DNA of 64,000 nucleotides from Mobula hypostoma. Taxonomy: Eukaryota. Every line of letters begins with the position of its first letter. Positions within the stretch are counted from its first letter, which is position 1. Both the position numbers and the translations under genes were made by a program. The stretch covers positions 178,810,001-178,874,000 of the forward strand of contig NC_086097.1 in the NCBI RefSeq assembly GCF_963921235.1, read 5' to 3'. The notes below the pieces were generated by a model, which had not been told where the DNA came from, ran no database searches, and was given only the letters and a program-made list of their open reading frames with translations. Positions 11,210 through 23,461 of this stretch are shown here, in pieces.

Positions 11210-14015
11210 AATGTTCAATATCATCGTAACCTCAGTACTAATCAACAAGCTCCAAAACCTGGGTCTCTGTACCTCCCTCTGCAACTGCATTCTTGACTTC
11301 CTCACCAGGAGACCACAGTCTCTATGGGTCAGAAATAACATCTTCTCCTCGGTGACAATCAACGAGGACGAACCTCAAGGACGCATGCTTAGCCCACTGC
11401 TCTGCTCACTACATCCACGACCGTGTGGCTAGACACATCTCAAATGCCATTTATAAATATGATGATGACACAACTATTGTTGGCAGAATTTTAGATGGTG
11501 ATGAGGTGGATTTGAGATAGAGTTGAGTGGTGTTGTAACACTAAATGTCACAAGGACCAAGGAGTTGATTGTGGACTTCAGGAAGGGAAATACAAAGAAC
11601 CACACAGAAGTCCTCAAAGAGATCAGCAATGGAAAGTGTGAGTCAACATCTCTGAAGATCTATCCTGGGCCCAACATGCTGATGTAATCACAATATAGGC
11701 ACGACAGTGGCTATATTTCATTAGGAGGTTGAGGAAAATTGCTATGACACCAAAGATGCTCGCAGATTTCTGCAGATGTACCATGGAGAGTATTCTGACT
11801 GGTTGCATCATCTTCTGGTATGGAGGGGCCACTGCACAGGATCGGAAAAAGCTGCAGAAGGTTGTGAACTTAGCCACCTCCATCACAGGCACTAGAATCC
11901 TCAGCTTCAAGGACATAGAGTCATAGAGAATTACAGCACAGAAACAGACCCTTCAGCCCATCTAGTCCATACCAAAACCATTTACACTGCCTACTCCCAT
12001 CGACCTGCACTGAGACCATATCCCTCTATATCCCTACTATCCATGTACCTATCCAAACTTCTCTTAAACATTGAAATCGAGCTTGCATGCATCATTTGTG
12101 CTGGCATTTCTTTCCTCACTCTCACAACCCTCTGAGTGAAGAAGTTCCTCCTCGTGTTCCCCTTAAACTTCTCACTTTTCACTCTTAACCCATGACCTCT
12201 GCTTGTAGTCCCCCCACCCAACTTTAGTGGAAGCAGCCCACTTGCATTTACCCTACCTATACCCCTCATAATTTTGTACAACTCTATCAAATCTCCTCCC
12301 AATCTTCTGTGTTCTAAAGAAAACAGTCCTAATCGATTCAATCTTTCCTTATAACTCAGGTCCTCCAGACTCGGCAACAACCTTGTGAATTTTCTCTGTA
12401 CTCTGTCAACCTTGTTTATATCTTTCCTGTAGCATAACAATGCTCCAAATTAGGCCCCACAAACATCTTATACAACTTCAACATAACATCCCATCTCCTG
12501 TACTCAGTACATTGATTTATGAAGGCCAAGGAGCCAGAAGCTTTCTTTATGACCCTATCTACCTGTGATGCCACTTTCAACAAATTATGGACCTGTATTC
12601 CTAGATCCCTTTGTTGTACTGCACTCTGCAGTGCCCTACCATTCACTGTGTAAGACCTACTCTGGTTGGCCCTTACAAAGTGCAAAACCTCACACTTGTC
12701 TGCACTAAATTCCATCTGCCATTTTTCAAGCTGTTTTTCCAGCTGATGCAGATCCCTCTGCAAGCCATGATAGCCTTCCTCACTGCCCACTACACCCCCA
12801 GTCTTGGTGTCATCCACAAATTTGCTGATCTAGTTAACCACATTATCAACCAGATCACTGATGTAGATGACAAACAACAACAGACCCAGCTGCAGTACTT
12901 CGCTAGTCACAGGCCTCCAGTCAGAGAGGCAACCCTCTACTACCACTCTCTGGCTTCTCCCACAGAACCAATGTCTAATCCCATTTACTACCTCATCCTG
13001 AATACTGAGCGACTGAGCCTTCTTGACCAGCCTCCTATGCGGGACCTTGTCAAATACCTTACTCAAGTCCATGTAGACAACATCCACTGCCTTGCCTTCA
13101 TCCATTTTCCTGGTAACTTCCTCAAAAAAGCTCTATAAGGTTAGTCAGACATGACCTACCACGCACAAAGCCAGGCTGACTATCCTTAATCAGTCCATGT
13201 CTATCTAAATACTTATATATCTGATCCCTTAGAATACCTTCCAATAACTTTCCCACAACTGATGTCAGACTCACTGACCAATAATTTCCTGGTTTATTTT
13301 TACAGGCTTTCTTAATCAGCAGTACAACACTGGCTATTTTCTAACCCTTTGGTACGTCTCCTGTCACTAAGGAAGTTTTAAATATCTCTACCAGGGCCCG
13401 GGCAGTTTCTTGCCTCTCGTAGGGCCCAAGGGAACAGCTTGTCAGGCCCTGGGGATTTATGGACCCTGATTTGCCTCGGGGTAGCAAACACCTACTTCTC
13501 TGTAATCTGTACAGGGTCCATGAAGTTAACGCCGCTTTGCCTCACTTCTATAGACTCTGTATCCATCTCCCGAGTAAATACAGATGCAAAGAATTCATTT
13601 AAGATCTCCCTCATCTGTTTTGGCTCCATTCTCGTCTTCCAGAGGACCAATTATGTCCCTTGCAATCTGTTTGCTCTTAAGAAGTCATCTTGAAAACGCA
13701 ATGCTTCAGAAAGGTGACATCCATCACTAAGGGACGCCACCACCCAGGACATGCCGTCTCCTCAGGAAGGAGGTACAGAAGCCTCAGTGCTTTAGGAACA
13801 GCTTCTCACCACCAGATTGTAAATGGACATGAACGCATGTACACTTCCTCAATATTTTTCCCTCTCTTTTTTGCACTAATTTAATTTATTTTTAAAATCT
13901 ATTTCTTAATTATAATTTATAGTTTTTTTAACATTATGTGTTGCAGTATACTACTGCTGCAGAACAACAAACTTCACAACATATGCCAGTGATATTAAAC
14001 CTTATTCTGATTAAT
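11210..14015 (+). mobile_element. Rex1/Babar-like LINE RT/3' region, split by a CR1 insertion
   Basis: ORFs 11211..11432 (FNII...LCNCILDFLT...PQG-MLSPLL) and 11729..11926 (RCTMESILTGCI-FWYG); resumes at ~13680 and runs to its tail at ~14015. Confidence 0.8.
11914..13678 (-). mobile_element. CR1 LINE, 5'-truncated, disrupted RT
   Basis: ORFs 12830..13105 (DEGKAVDVVYMDLSKVFDKVPH), 12416..12817 (DDTK, WQMEF) and 11991..12440 (RVQRKFTRLLP, GDLIELYK); CR1 tail ctctatgactctat. Confidence 0.93.
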
Positions 14016-14649
14016 TTTCTGATAAGAAGTAAGTTCTTCTGTTCATGAGAATATACTGTAAATACCATTGCTATAAGTTTGGTCAACGACTGGGCATCCT
14101 GTAGTGTGGTAACCAAATCCTTTCCATCCCAACAAAACAAGAATCAATATGATAGAGCACCCTCCACTCACCTGGGTAGAGTGCAGATCCAAAGCTCCGC
14201 AAATTGCCTGCTTACCACTTAACCGTTCATATCCCACCACTGGTGCATGCTGTCTGTAGTTGTTCCATCTACAAAATGCACTGCAGTTACTTGCATAGGC
14301 TAATCCGACAGCACCTCTCGAATCACTGTCAGAGCTGTAGGGACATGGGGGCAGGCTCCCTTCCAAGTCACACATTACCCCATCAGTGGGTCTCAATCCT
14401 AGAACTTCCTCCCCTACAGCACCTTCACTGGACATGGCAAGGTCCACTGCGGTGGCATATGGGCTGCTTACCGCCAGCTTCCCCAGCTCCATTACCAGTG
14501 TGGAGTTCAGTGCCAGCCCGGCCAGCATTGTCAAGTTCCTGGAAAAAACCTTTAATGTTTTTAACAAGAGCTTGGCTCTCAGCTTTGATGCTTTGCAATG
14601 ATGTTTCAATCTGACGTAAATGGTGTTTCTGTATAAAATTAATTAATAA

Positions 14650-15125
14650 AGTCGTAGACTCATACAACATGAAAACAGGCCCTTTGGCCCAACTGGTCCA
14701 TGCTGACCAAGATACCCCATCTAAGCTAGTCCCATTTGCCAATACTTGGGGCATAACCTTTCCAACTGTCTTTTAAATGTTGTTACTGTACATGCTTCAA
14801 CCACTTCCTCTGGCGACTCATTTCACATACTGATTACCCTCTTTGTGAAAAAGTTGCCTCTCAGGTTCCTATTAAATCTTTCCGCTCGCACCTTAAACCT
14901 ATGCCCTTTAACTCTTAATTCCCTAACACTGGGAAAAAGACTGTGTGTTTTCCCAGTCTATGCTATGATTTCATACAATCACCTCAAGTCTCCTATTATG
15001 CTCCGAAGAGGAAAGTCCTAGCCTGTTCAATCTTCCCCTGTAACTCACTCCATCAGTCCTGGCAACATCCTTTTAAATCTTTTCAGCACTCTTTCCAGTT
15101 TAATAACGCTTTTGTAATAGCAGGG
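14650..15125 (-). mobile_element. CR1 LINE 3' fragment
   Basis: ORF 15045..15236 ends KLERVLKRFKRMLPGLME; CR1 3' UTR. Confidence 0.8.
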
Positions 15126-15785
15126 CGACAGACACCTTTGGCTCCTGAGCTGTTCCTTTCTTTTGGAAGTGTGGGTCTGACGCAAAGACATTAACTCTGA
15201 GTCTCGTTGCGATGCCAAGTGAGGCAGACATGGCAAAAATAAACCCTGAAGTATTCTCGAATTGCAGTGATGCTTTAATCATAGTCAGCATGTTGCTATT
15301 AGGAATCTTAATTAAAGGGTGACCCATGGGATTATAATTTCACAATATTGATGTTTGCTCTGTAGATACCTTCAGGGACTTACCAAAAGAAATTTGTAGA
15401 TTTATGAAATGCAGCTACTGGCAAAGGAACATAATATTTGACAGCTGGTGTAAAAAGGAAAATAGTGAAATTTGCTGTGTGTCTATTGGGAGGATTTCTT
15501 TAAAAAACTGTGGAAAATTAGCTTTATGTCCCAGTGCTTGATATGAAAAAAAGATGTTTCTGATGTTTCAAAGAGTTTATACCTTGTGTGGTCATGCAAC
15601 GTGATTGGAATCTGGAAAGAGTCTTTTAACACTTAAAGCACCTTCGAATGTTATGGGGCCATTTGGCCCTGCTGTCTATTCTGCCAGTCAGAACTATCAC
15701 AGCTGAGTTGATCTTCGTCTCTGCTCTACTTTCCCAGAGTTCTCGACTTGCACTCAGACTTAAATCTTGACTGTCTTCTCCTTTA

Positions 15786-16001
15786 CAAACACGAGAAAAT
15801 CTGCAGATGCTGGAAATCCAAAACCACACACACAAAATGCTGAAGGAACTCAGCAGGCCAGGCAGCATCTATGGAAAACAGTAAGCAGTTGATGCTTGGG
15901 GCCGAGACTCTTCGAAGGGTCTTGGTTTAAACGTTGACTGTTTATTCTTTTCCATTGATGCTGCCAGGCCTGCTGTGTTCCTCCAGCATGCAATGTGTCT
16001 C
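15786..16001. mobile_element. Penelope-derived fold-back element with 12-bp TSD
   Basis: Inverted arms of ~80 bp; direct repeat tcttctccttta at 15774-15785 and 16002-16013. Confidence 0.75.
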
Positions 16002-16124
16002 TCTTCTCCTTTAATACATTGACTGCCTCCTCCACCACAGATCTTTGAAGAAGGGAACTTCAGATATTCACAACAGTCTGGGATGAGAAATTCCTCCTGA
16101 ACTCCATTGGATTGCCTCATTACA

Positions 16125-16505
16125 GGACAGAGTGGGAGGCTTTGGAGAGGGTGCAGAACAGTTTTACCGAGATGCTGCCTGGATTAGAGGGTATGAACTA
16201 GAAGGAGAAGTTGAACAAGCTTGTTTACTCTGGTGTAGCAGAGTATTTTATAATACATGAGGGCATGCGTTTGAGATGAGAGGGTTAAGTTCAAAGGAGA
16301 TATGCAGATTAAGTTTTTTGCACGGAGAGGTGGGTGTACGGAATGGGCTGCCAGGGATGGTGGTGGAGGCAGATGCAGAATGATTAAGAGGCTGTTAGAT
16401 AGGCACAGGGATATGGAACATGTAGAATGGATGAGGTATCATTTATTAGTTTGGTACAAAATTATAGGCTGAAGGGCCTGTCTGCAGTATTGTTCTGTGC
16501 TCTAT
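16125..16505 (+). mobile_element. CR1 LINE 3' fragment
   Basis: ttggagagggtgcagaacagttttacc...tgttctgtgctctatg tail. Confidence 0.75.
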
Positions 16506-16520
16506 GTCCCTATCTTAAAT

Positions 16521-17028
16521 AGGGTCTGTGGTGGCCAGTGCTATCATGTTTGCTTTTGTGTGCTGGGGCAGCAGGCTGAGGGTAGCAGACACCAACAGAA
16601 TCAACAAACTCATTCGTAAGGCCAGTGATGTTGTGGGGATGGAACTGGACTCTCTCACGGTGGTGTCTGAAAAGAGGATGCTGTCCAAGTTGCATGCCAT
16701 CTTGGACAATGTCTCCCATCCACTACATAATGTACTGGGTGGGCACAGGAGTACATTCAGCCAGAGACTCATTCCACCGAGATGCAACACAGAGCGTCAT
16801 AGGAAATCATTCCTGCCTGTGGCCATCAAACTTTACAACTCCTCCCTTGGAAGGTCAGACACTCTGAGCCAATAGGCTGGTCCTGGACTTATTTCCATCT
16901 GGCATAATTTACATATTATTATTTAATTATTTATGGTTTTATATTGCTATATTTATACAATATTCTTGGTTGGTGCAACTGTAACGAAAACCAATTTCCC
17001 TCAGGATCAATAAAGTATGTCTATCTAT
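16521..17028 (+). mobile_element. Young Rex1-like LINE 3' end
   Basis: Uninterrupted ORF 16528..16875 (VASAIMFA-VCWG, RINKLIRKA, SHPLH, RHRKSFLPVAIKLYN); aataaa plus (CTAT)n tail; probable TSD ctatct(t)aaat at 16510-16520 and 17029-17038. Confidence 0.85.
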
Positions 17029-18059
17029 CTATCTAAATGGATGGCCACTTTGCTCTAAAACTCTACCCCCTGCTCTAGATACTCCCTCAAGGGTAACATC
17101 CTTCAGCACCCTTCCTGTCAGTCACCCTTAGAATCTGATTTTTCAATAAGACCAACCATTATTCTCCAATATCCCATTCAATATAGACCCATTCTCCACA
17201 TCCTTGCATCTTTAAACAGTCTCTCTAATCCAGGAATTTATGAAGTAAATCTTGATCATTTGCTTAGTGTTGTAAATTGGTAAATTGCTTCAATATTGTC
17301 ACAAGTACAAGATAAACTTTTGTTTATCTTGTACATTTGACAATATTTCCATACAGAGTACGTTGAGGTCATAAAAATAGAAACAGAGTGCATAATAAAG
17401 TGTTTCGGCTACAGTGAAAATTCAGTGCAGGTAAATGACTAATGTCCGGTGGCCATGATGAGGTAGATGGTGAGGTCAAGAGTCCATCAAATAAAAGGTC
17501 AATTTAAGAGACTGTTATCAGTGGGATGGGAGCTATCCCTGATCCTGGTGGTACATGTTCTTGAGCTTTTGTATCTCCTGCCCACTGTGACGGGGTGGGG
17601 GGTGAAGAGAGAATAACCAGGGTGGGATGGGTTTGTGAGCTGCTTTCCAAAAGCAGTGGAGTCTGCATCATATCCAAGTATATTCCTACTTAAATGAGTA
17701 CAAAATTCCATGCAGTGCTCCAGGTGTGGTCTCAACATTTTCATGTACCGATGCAGTGAGATTTCGCAATCCCATTTGCAATGAAGTTCAACATTCCATT
17801 TCCCTCCCTAATTGCCCACATGTTAACTTTGCATACAGGATATCCTGATCACCCTATCCTGTAGAATTCTGTAGTCTCTGCAGTTCTCAGCTTTTCTATT
17901 CTCCCTCACATTTCCCTAAATTATATTCCATCTGACAACTGTGGCTCAACCTCACTTTATAGCTTTGTAAACTCGATACTGTCTCCTCACAATTTGCTTT
18001 CCCATCAACCATTGTATCCTAAGTGATTGTGGCTACAACCTACCCTGTCCTTTCCAGTG

Positions 18060-18865
18060 AAAGGGGCATTGAGCTCACTGGCCTTCAGTTAGGGCGTTGA
18101 GAACAGGAGTCGGTAGGTTATGTTACAGCTGTACAAGTTGTCGGTGAGGCCACACATGGTGTACTGTACACACCTCTAGTTACCCTGCAATAGGAAATAT
18201 GTGGTTAAAAGAGAAAAGATTTACAAGGCTGTTGTCAGGACTGGAGGGCCTGAGTTATCGGGAGAGGTTGGCCAGGCTAAGTCTTTATTCCTTAGAACAA
18301 AGGAAAATGAGGGGTGAACTCATAAAAATGTTTAAAATTATGAGAAGCATAGATAAAACCTTTTCCCCAGAGTAGGAGAGTCCAAAATTAGGGGCATAGA
18401 TTTAGGGTGAGAGGGGAAAGATTTAAAAGCGACATTGTAGGATTTTGTGAATAAAACATGCGAGAGTCGTTTTATGTGCTGAACAAAAGCCCTTTACTTC
18501 CATCACGAATGAAACAAAGGCAGTTGCCTTACACTGATATCATTACTTCAGACACCTTCTCTTAAAGTGACCACAACAACTCAATGATGGAGTTTGTGAG
18601 TTATGTAGAACAGTTTCTGTTATGAAAAATATGTGTCATCTGTCAACCATTGCATTTCCCCTACAACAGGATGGGCTGGTGAGAATATGGAGACAGCTGC
18701 CAGAGGAAGTATTTGAGACAGGTACAAGAATATCATTTAGGAACCATTTTGATAGGTATGTGGAGGGGCAGAGCTTAGAGACATATGGGCTGAACGCAGA
18801 AAACTTTGACCAGCTGGTCAGCATGAAATGGTTGGGCTGAAGTCCTTACTGTTGCATTGTTCTAT
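18060..18865 (+). mobile_element. CR1 LINE 3' fragment interrupted at 18436-18665
   Basis: ctgtacaagttgtcggtgaggccacac...aggggtgaactcataaaa; resumes at ctggtgagaatatgg. Confidence 0.75.
18436..18665. mobile_element. Small TG...CA-bounded insertion (solo LTR or MITE)
   Basis: Inverted ends ttgtagg/cctacaa; unrelated to the flanking CR1 sequence. Confidence 0.5.
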
Positions 18866-19984
18866 TAATTTATTGATGAAGCCCAGAAATACCAACCATT
18901 TTCTGAGCCTGCACTCACTCCCACAATATCCCTTAGCTCCTTTTACTCTATATCGTTTCTCATTTTTCCTACCAAGCTGGCGTTACTCTGCGATATACTT
19001 CATCTGCCATGTGACTGCCCATTCCACCAACCTGCTGCCATCTATCACTGCCCTGGCTACAGTTCACAACACTGCCAAGCTTGGGTCATCTGCAAATTTA
19101 GATACGGTGGCTTTCACCCCTGTCTTGATCATGGAAATTGATTAAAGAAGTACTGATACCATCACCAGTTCCTGTGGACTACTATTATTAAACACTTCCA
19201 TAAGGCCGCTGGGAATTCATACTGCATCACTGGTCTATCCTTACCTGGAGTATTGTGTTCAATTTGGTGGACACATTCAAGGCAGGATTTAAAGGTGTTA
19301 ATCAGAGCTTAAAGGAATGGTTTCTGGGATGAGGAACTACAGTTACAGATATAGATTAAGGAAACCAGCTGTTTCTTTGGAGAAGTGAAGGCTAAGGGGA
19401 GCAGCCTTCTCTTCAAAGAAGTATGCAAGTCGGTGAGGGTCAAGATGGAATGGATGGTGAAGGTTGTTCCGATTGGTGAAAGGGTCAAGAATTGGAGGGT
19501 ATAGATACAAAATAAAGGATGAGAATTCAGCGTGATGTGGGGGTAATATTTTCCCACTGCAAATGGTAGGAATCAGAATGCATCACCTTCAGTTGTGGTG
19601 GAGCCAGATTCCACGGTGACTCTCAAGAGGGAGCTGGGTAAACACAGAGAGGAGGAGAATTTGCAGGGCATCAGAGAAGAAATCAGGGCTTGGAACTAGT
19701 GAATTGTTCAGATAGAGAGCCAGTATGGGAATTGTGGGCAGAACAGCCTTGTTCTTTGCTGTAATTGTTTTATGATTGTAGATGATACAAAAAATGTCTC
19801 TATAGTGATAGTGAGGAGGGAATATTTAGACTGAAGGAGGAAAGAAATGGTCTGGTCATTTGGGCAAAAAATTACTAAATACAAATTAGAGCAGCGTGAA
19901 GTGGAAATAAAAAAGTCAAAGTCAAGTTTATTGTTGTATACACAAGTAGTTTTATGCACAGGTGATGAAAGTGGACACTGTTCA

Positions 19985-20214
19985 GAGACACTAGAGATTC
20001 TGCAGGTGCTGGAAATCTTGAACAACACGCATGCAAAGCTGGAGGAACTCAGCAGGTCAGGCAGCATCTATGAAGGGAAATAAACAGTTAATGTCTATGG
20101 CCAGGATCTGTCATCAGCATCCTGATGAAGGGTCTCAGCCCACAACATTAGCTGTTTGTTTCCCTCTATTGATGCTGCCTGACCTGCCGAGCTCCTCCAG
20201 CACTGTATGTCATT
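19985..20214. mobile_element. Penelope-derived fold-back element inserted in a Rex-like fragment
   Basis: Arms gctggaggaactcagcaggtcaggcagcatc / gatgctgcctgacctgccgagctcctccagc; direct repeat tgttca at 19979-19984 and 20215-20220. Confidence 0.72.
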
Positions 20215-21809
20215 TGTTCATGGTGTTGCTATACTGGGGTGGTGATTAGAGTTGCACCAGTTGGTCCAAAAACCGAATGGTTACAGAGAAGTAGCTGTCC
20301 CCGAAACTGGTGGTGTGGGACTTCAGACTTCTATACCTCCTGCCGATGGCAGCGGCGAGAAGATGGCGTGGCCTGTGGATGGTGAGGATCTTTGATGATG
20401 GATGCTGCCTTCTTGAAGTAGCACATTTAGATAGGTGCAACAGGGCAAGGGAATGTGCTCGAAATGGGAGAATACTGAGAGGTGTAGAGAAACAGAGACA
20501 TCTGAGAATGCATCCAGAAATTCTTCCAGGTAGAAAGACAGGTTGGTGATGTAGTTAAGAAAGAATAAAACAGGTGTTCTTTTATAAAAGAATGCAAGAA
20601 CAGGGTGTTTACAGCCAAGCCTATTAGGCTACAGCTCAAATACCCCATGCAGTTCTAGTCACCATATTACAGGAAAGGTGTGATTGCACAGCAGAGGGTG
20701 CGGAGGAGACTTATGAGGATGTTGTCAGGGCTGGAAAATTGTGGTCATGGGGATAAATTGGAGAGGCCAGGGTTCTGTTTTTTTTTTGGAACAGAAGAGA
20801 CAAAGGGAAGAATTAATTATGTGGTATAAGAGGGGCAGGTATTTAAAGTAATCAAAACCAGATTTTTTTTTTAACACTGTCTTAGATGATGTGAAGTCTG
20901 TAAATCTGTTGTTGTCTGGCAGCAGTACAGTGCAAAAACATACCATCCAGAGGTTAGAGGGGAGGGGTGGAGGGATTTCATTCCCCCAAGAATTGAGGAT
21001 TTTCCAGAGCTCAGTCCTGAAAGGACGGGAGAGACAAAGACAATTGTTGGGATCTGTGGTCTTGAAGGGTCGTGACCTGGAGGTTGGGGGGAGGGGGCGT
21101 GGATCAGGCTGGAACAGGCTCAATGGGCTGAATGGTCTCCTGGCAGCAAAATATCTATGCATGTATTGCAGCATTTTGCAGTGGCAGATGTCAGGCCAAC
21201 TGTCTACAATCCCCTATTTTCCACTCCTCTCTTTACCTGCACAAGTCCACAAGTTCATCACACTTTTTCTCATCCACTTCGACCTCTTGAGAAATAAGGG
21301 GGCTTTTTCATAATGGCAGTCTTTCTTTCTGTCCCACTTCTTTTACGACTTTAGGGTGGCGGCTGACAGATGCAGGGATGTATCAGCCTTTAGCTCCATT
21401 AGTTTACCAAGTATGTCTGATGACAGAGATTGGCTTGAGGTCCCCTACCTCCACCCATATCTCCTTATATCGGAAAGCTTTTGGTGTCTTATACCATGAA
21501 GACAGACACAAATTATTTATTCAGAGTCTCTACTATTTCCTTATTTCCTATTATTAATTCCCTTGTCTCATCCTCGAGGGAATCTATGCATATTTTAACT
21601 TCTCTCTTCCTTTTTATGTACTTGAAGAATCCCTTACTGTCTCTTCTTTTACTTCGTAAGTGCTCTCTCATAACGTATTTTTCCCCATTCATTGTTTCTG
21701 AAATTTTTTCTGTCTTTTGACCCACACTAATCCCTGCAACACTGTCAACCTTTTCACTCAGAGGGGAGACAAAATAGAGGCTAGAATCTGGTAATGCATA
21801 AGATTCTGG

Positions 21810-22185
21810 CAGATTAGATTAGATTAGATTCAACTTTATTGTCATTGTGCCGAGTACAGATACAAAGCCAATGAAATGCATTTAGCATCTGACCAGAAAT
21901 GCAAAGAATAGTGTTACTTACGAAATAACTGCGAATAAAAACAGTGCTATAGCACACAAATATAAAAGTACTGAGACAGTACAATACGGATGCAATACTG
22001 TTTAGCGCTGTGATGTGAGGTTCAGCAGTGCCACAGCCTCAGGGAAGAAGCTCTTCCTGTGCCTGCTGGTGTGGGAGCGGAGGCTCCTGTAGCACCTACC
22101 AGATGGGAGGAAAGTAAAAAGTCCATGATTAGGGTGAAATGCATCCCTGATAATGCTTTTTGCCCTGCCCAGGCAGCGTTTATGA
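21810..22185 (-). mobile_element. Young Rex1/Babar-like LINE 3' end
   Basis: ORF 22002..22202 (RAKSIIRD-FHP-HGLFTFLPSGR); (ATTAG)n tail at 21811-21830. Confidence 0.8.
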
Positions 22186-23461
22186 TGAACTGTCTCTGCC
22201 ATTTCCCTCCATTGAGGCTGCCTGACCTGCTAAGTTCCTCCAGGATCTTGTGCTTTGAGGTTTTTTTTTGTCAGTTTGCTATTACATTTAACTAACCTGA
22301 TTAACTATGTGTGTCACATCTTTCTTGGAGAGCTTACTTCTCAATGGCATAAATCTATGTGAGAATTAAGAAAACTCTCCTTAAATATCTGCCACCACTT
22401 ATTGGTCATGATATCTTTTGATTTGCTTTCTCACTCTGCTTTAGCCAAATCTGCCTTTATTATTTTTCATAAATAAAGACAGCTGCCTTCATTTAAATTT
22501 AAATCACTACTGTTAGAACAAAGTATCTTACATTCAAACCAAATATGATGTTTTGTCATGTTATGATCACTCTTCCCCAGTGGGCTCTTTGCCGTTGAGC
22601 ATTGATAAATCCTATTGCACATCGTCAGATAATCTGTTGTTTCTGCAGAATATTATTGTACATAACTTCCTCAATATTCTTTACAAATTGTCTTTGAGGC
22701 AACCTTTGAAAATTAGATTTGCCCATAGTAAATGAAAATTAAATTCCAATACCTTCCTCACCAGCCGAACCTATTTCTTGATATATACAGTAAAGCTGCC
22801 TTTAGGCTCACTTTCCCCTCCTAATTTTTCTTTCAGATCATATCCCGCTGTTATCAGACTATTGAAATTAGTAACTTGGTTTATTATTGTCGCATGTACC
22901 GTGGTACAGTGAAAAATTTTGTTTTGTAACCATGTAGATCATTTCATCACATCAGTGCATTGAGGTAGTACAAAGGGAAAAGAATAACAGAATGCAGAAT
23001 AACCAGTTACAGCTATAGAGAAAGTTCAGCGCCTACAGGCAGTAGGGTGCAAGGTCAAACTATCTTTTAACTCTTCTTTGAATCTTGATGACATTGTTCC
23101 CATAAAAGGGCAGCCTAAACTATTCGAAATACAGTCTCACAAACATCTTGTACAATCTGGGTTAGAAGATCCCCAGCCTTGTCATTTCCCCACAAAGTGC
23201 TCCCTTGCTGTGATCATCTACCATCCCCACAACACTCCCTGATCTCCACCCTGTTCTACTTCCAGTCTCCTGAGGATCCCTGAGTTTAATTGCTCCTCGT
23301 CCCAAGGCTCAGTCTGCTTTTCTCTCCTCTTTAAACCTCCTTCTTTGACCAAGCTTTTGGTTGCCTATCTAGCTTCTTTAAAGTAGTATGTGTCATCAGA
23401 ATTTGATGGTTTTGTGCCTTTGATATACTTTGGGATGTTATAGTCCATTAAATAAGCTATA

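Noticed and set aside
11729..11926. ALKBH8 N-terminus/DUF1891-like peptide
   Set aside because: C-terminal part of a Rex1/Babar-like RT, repeated many times in the window
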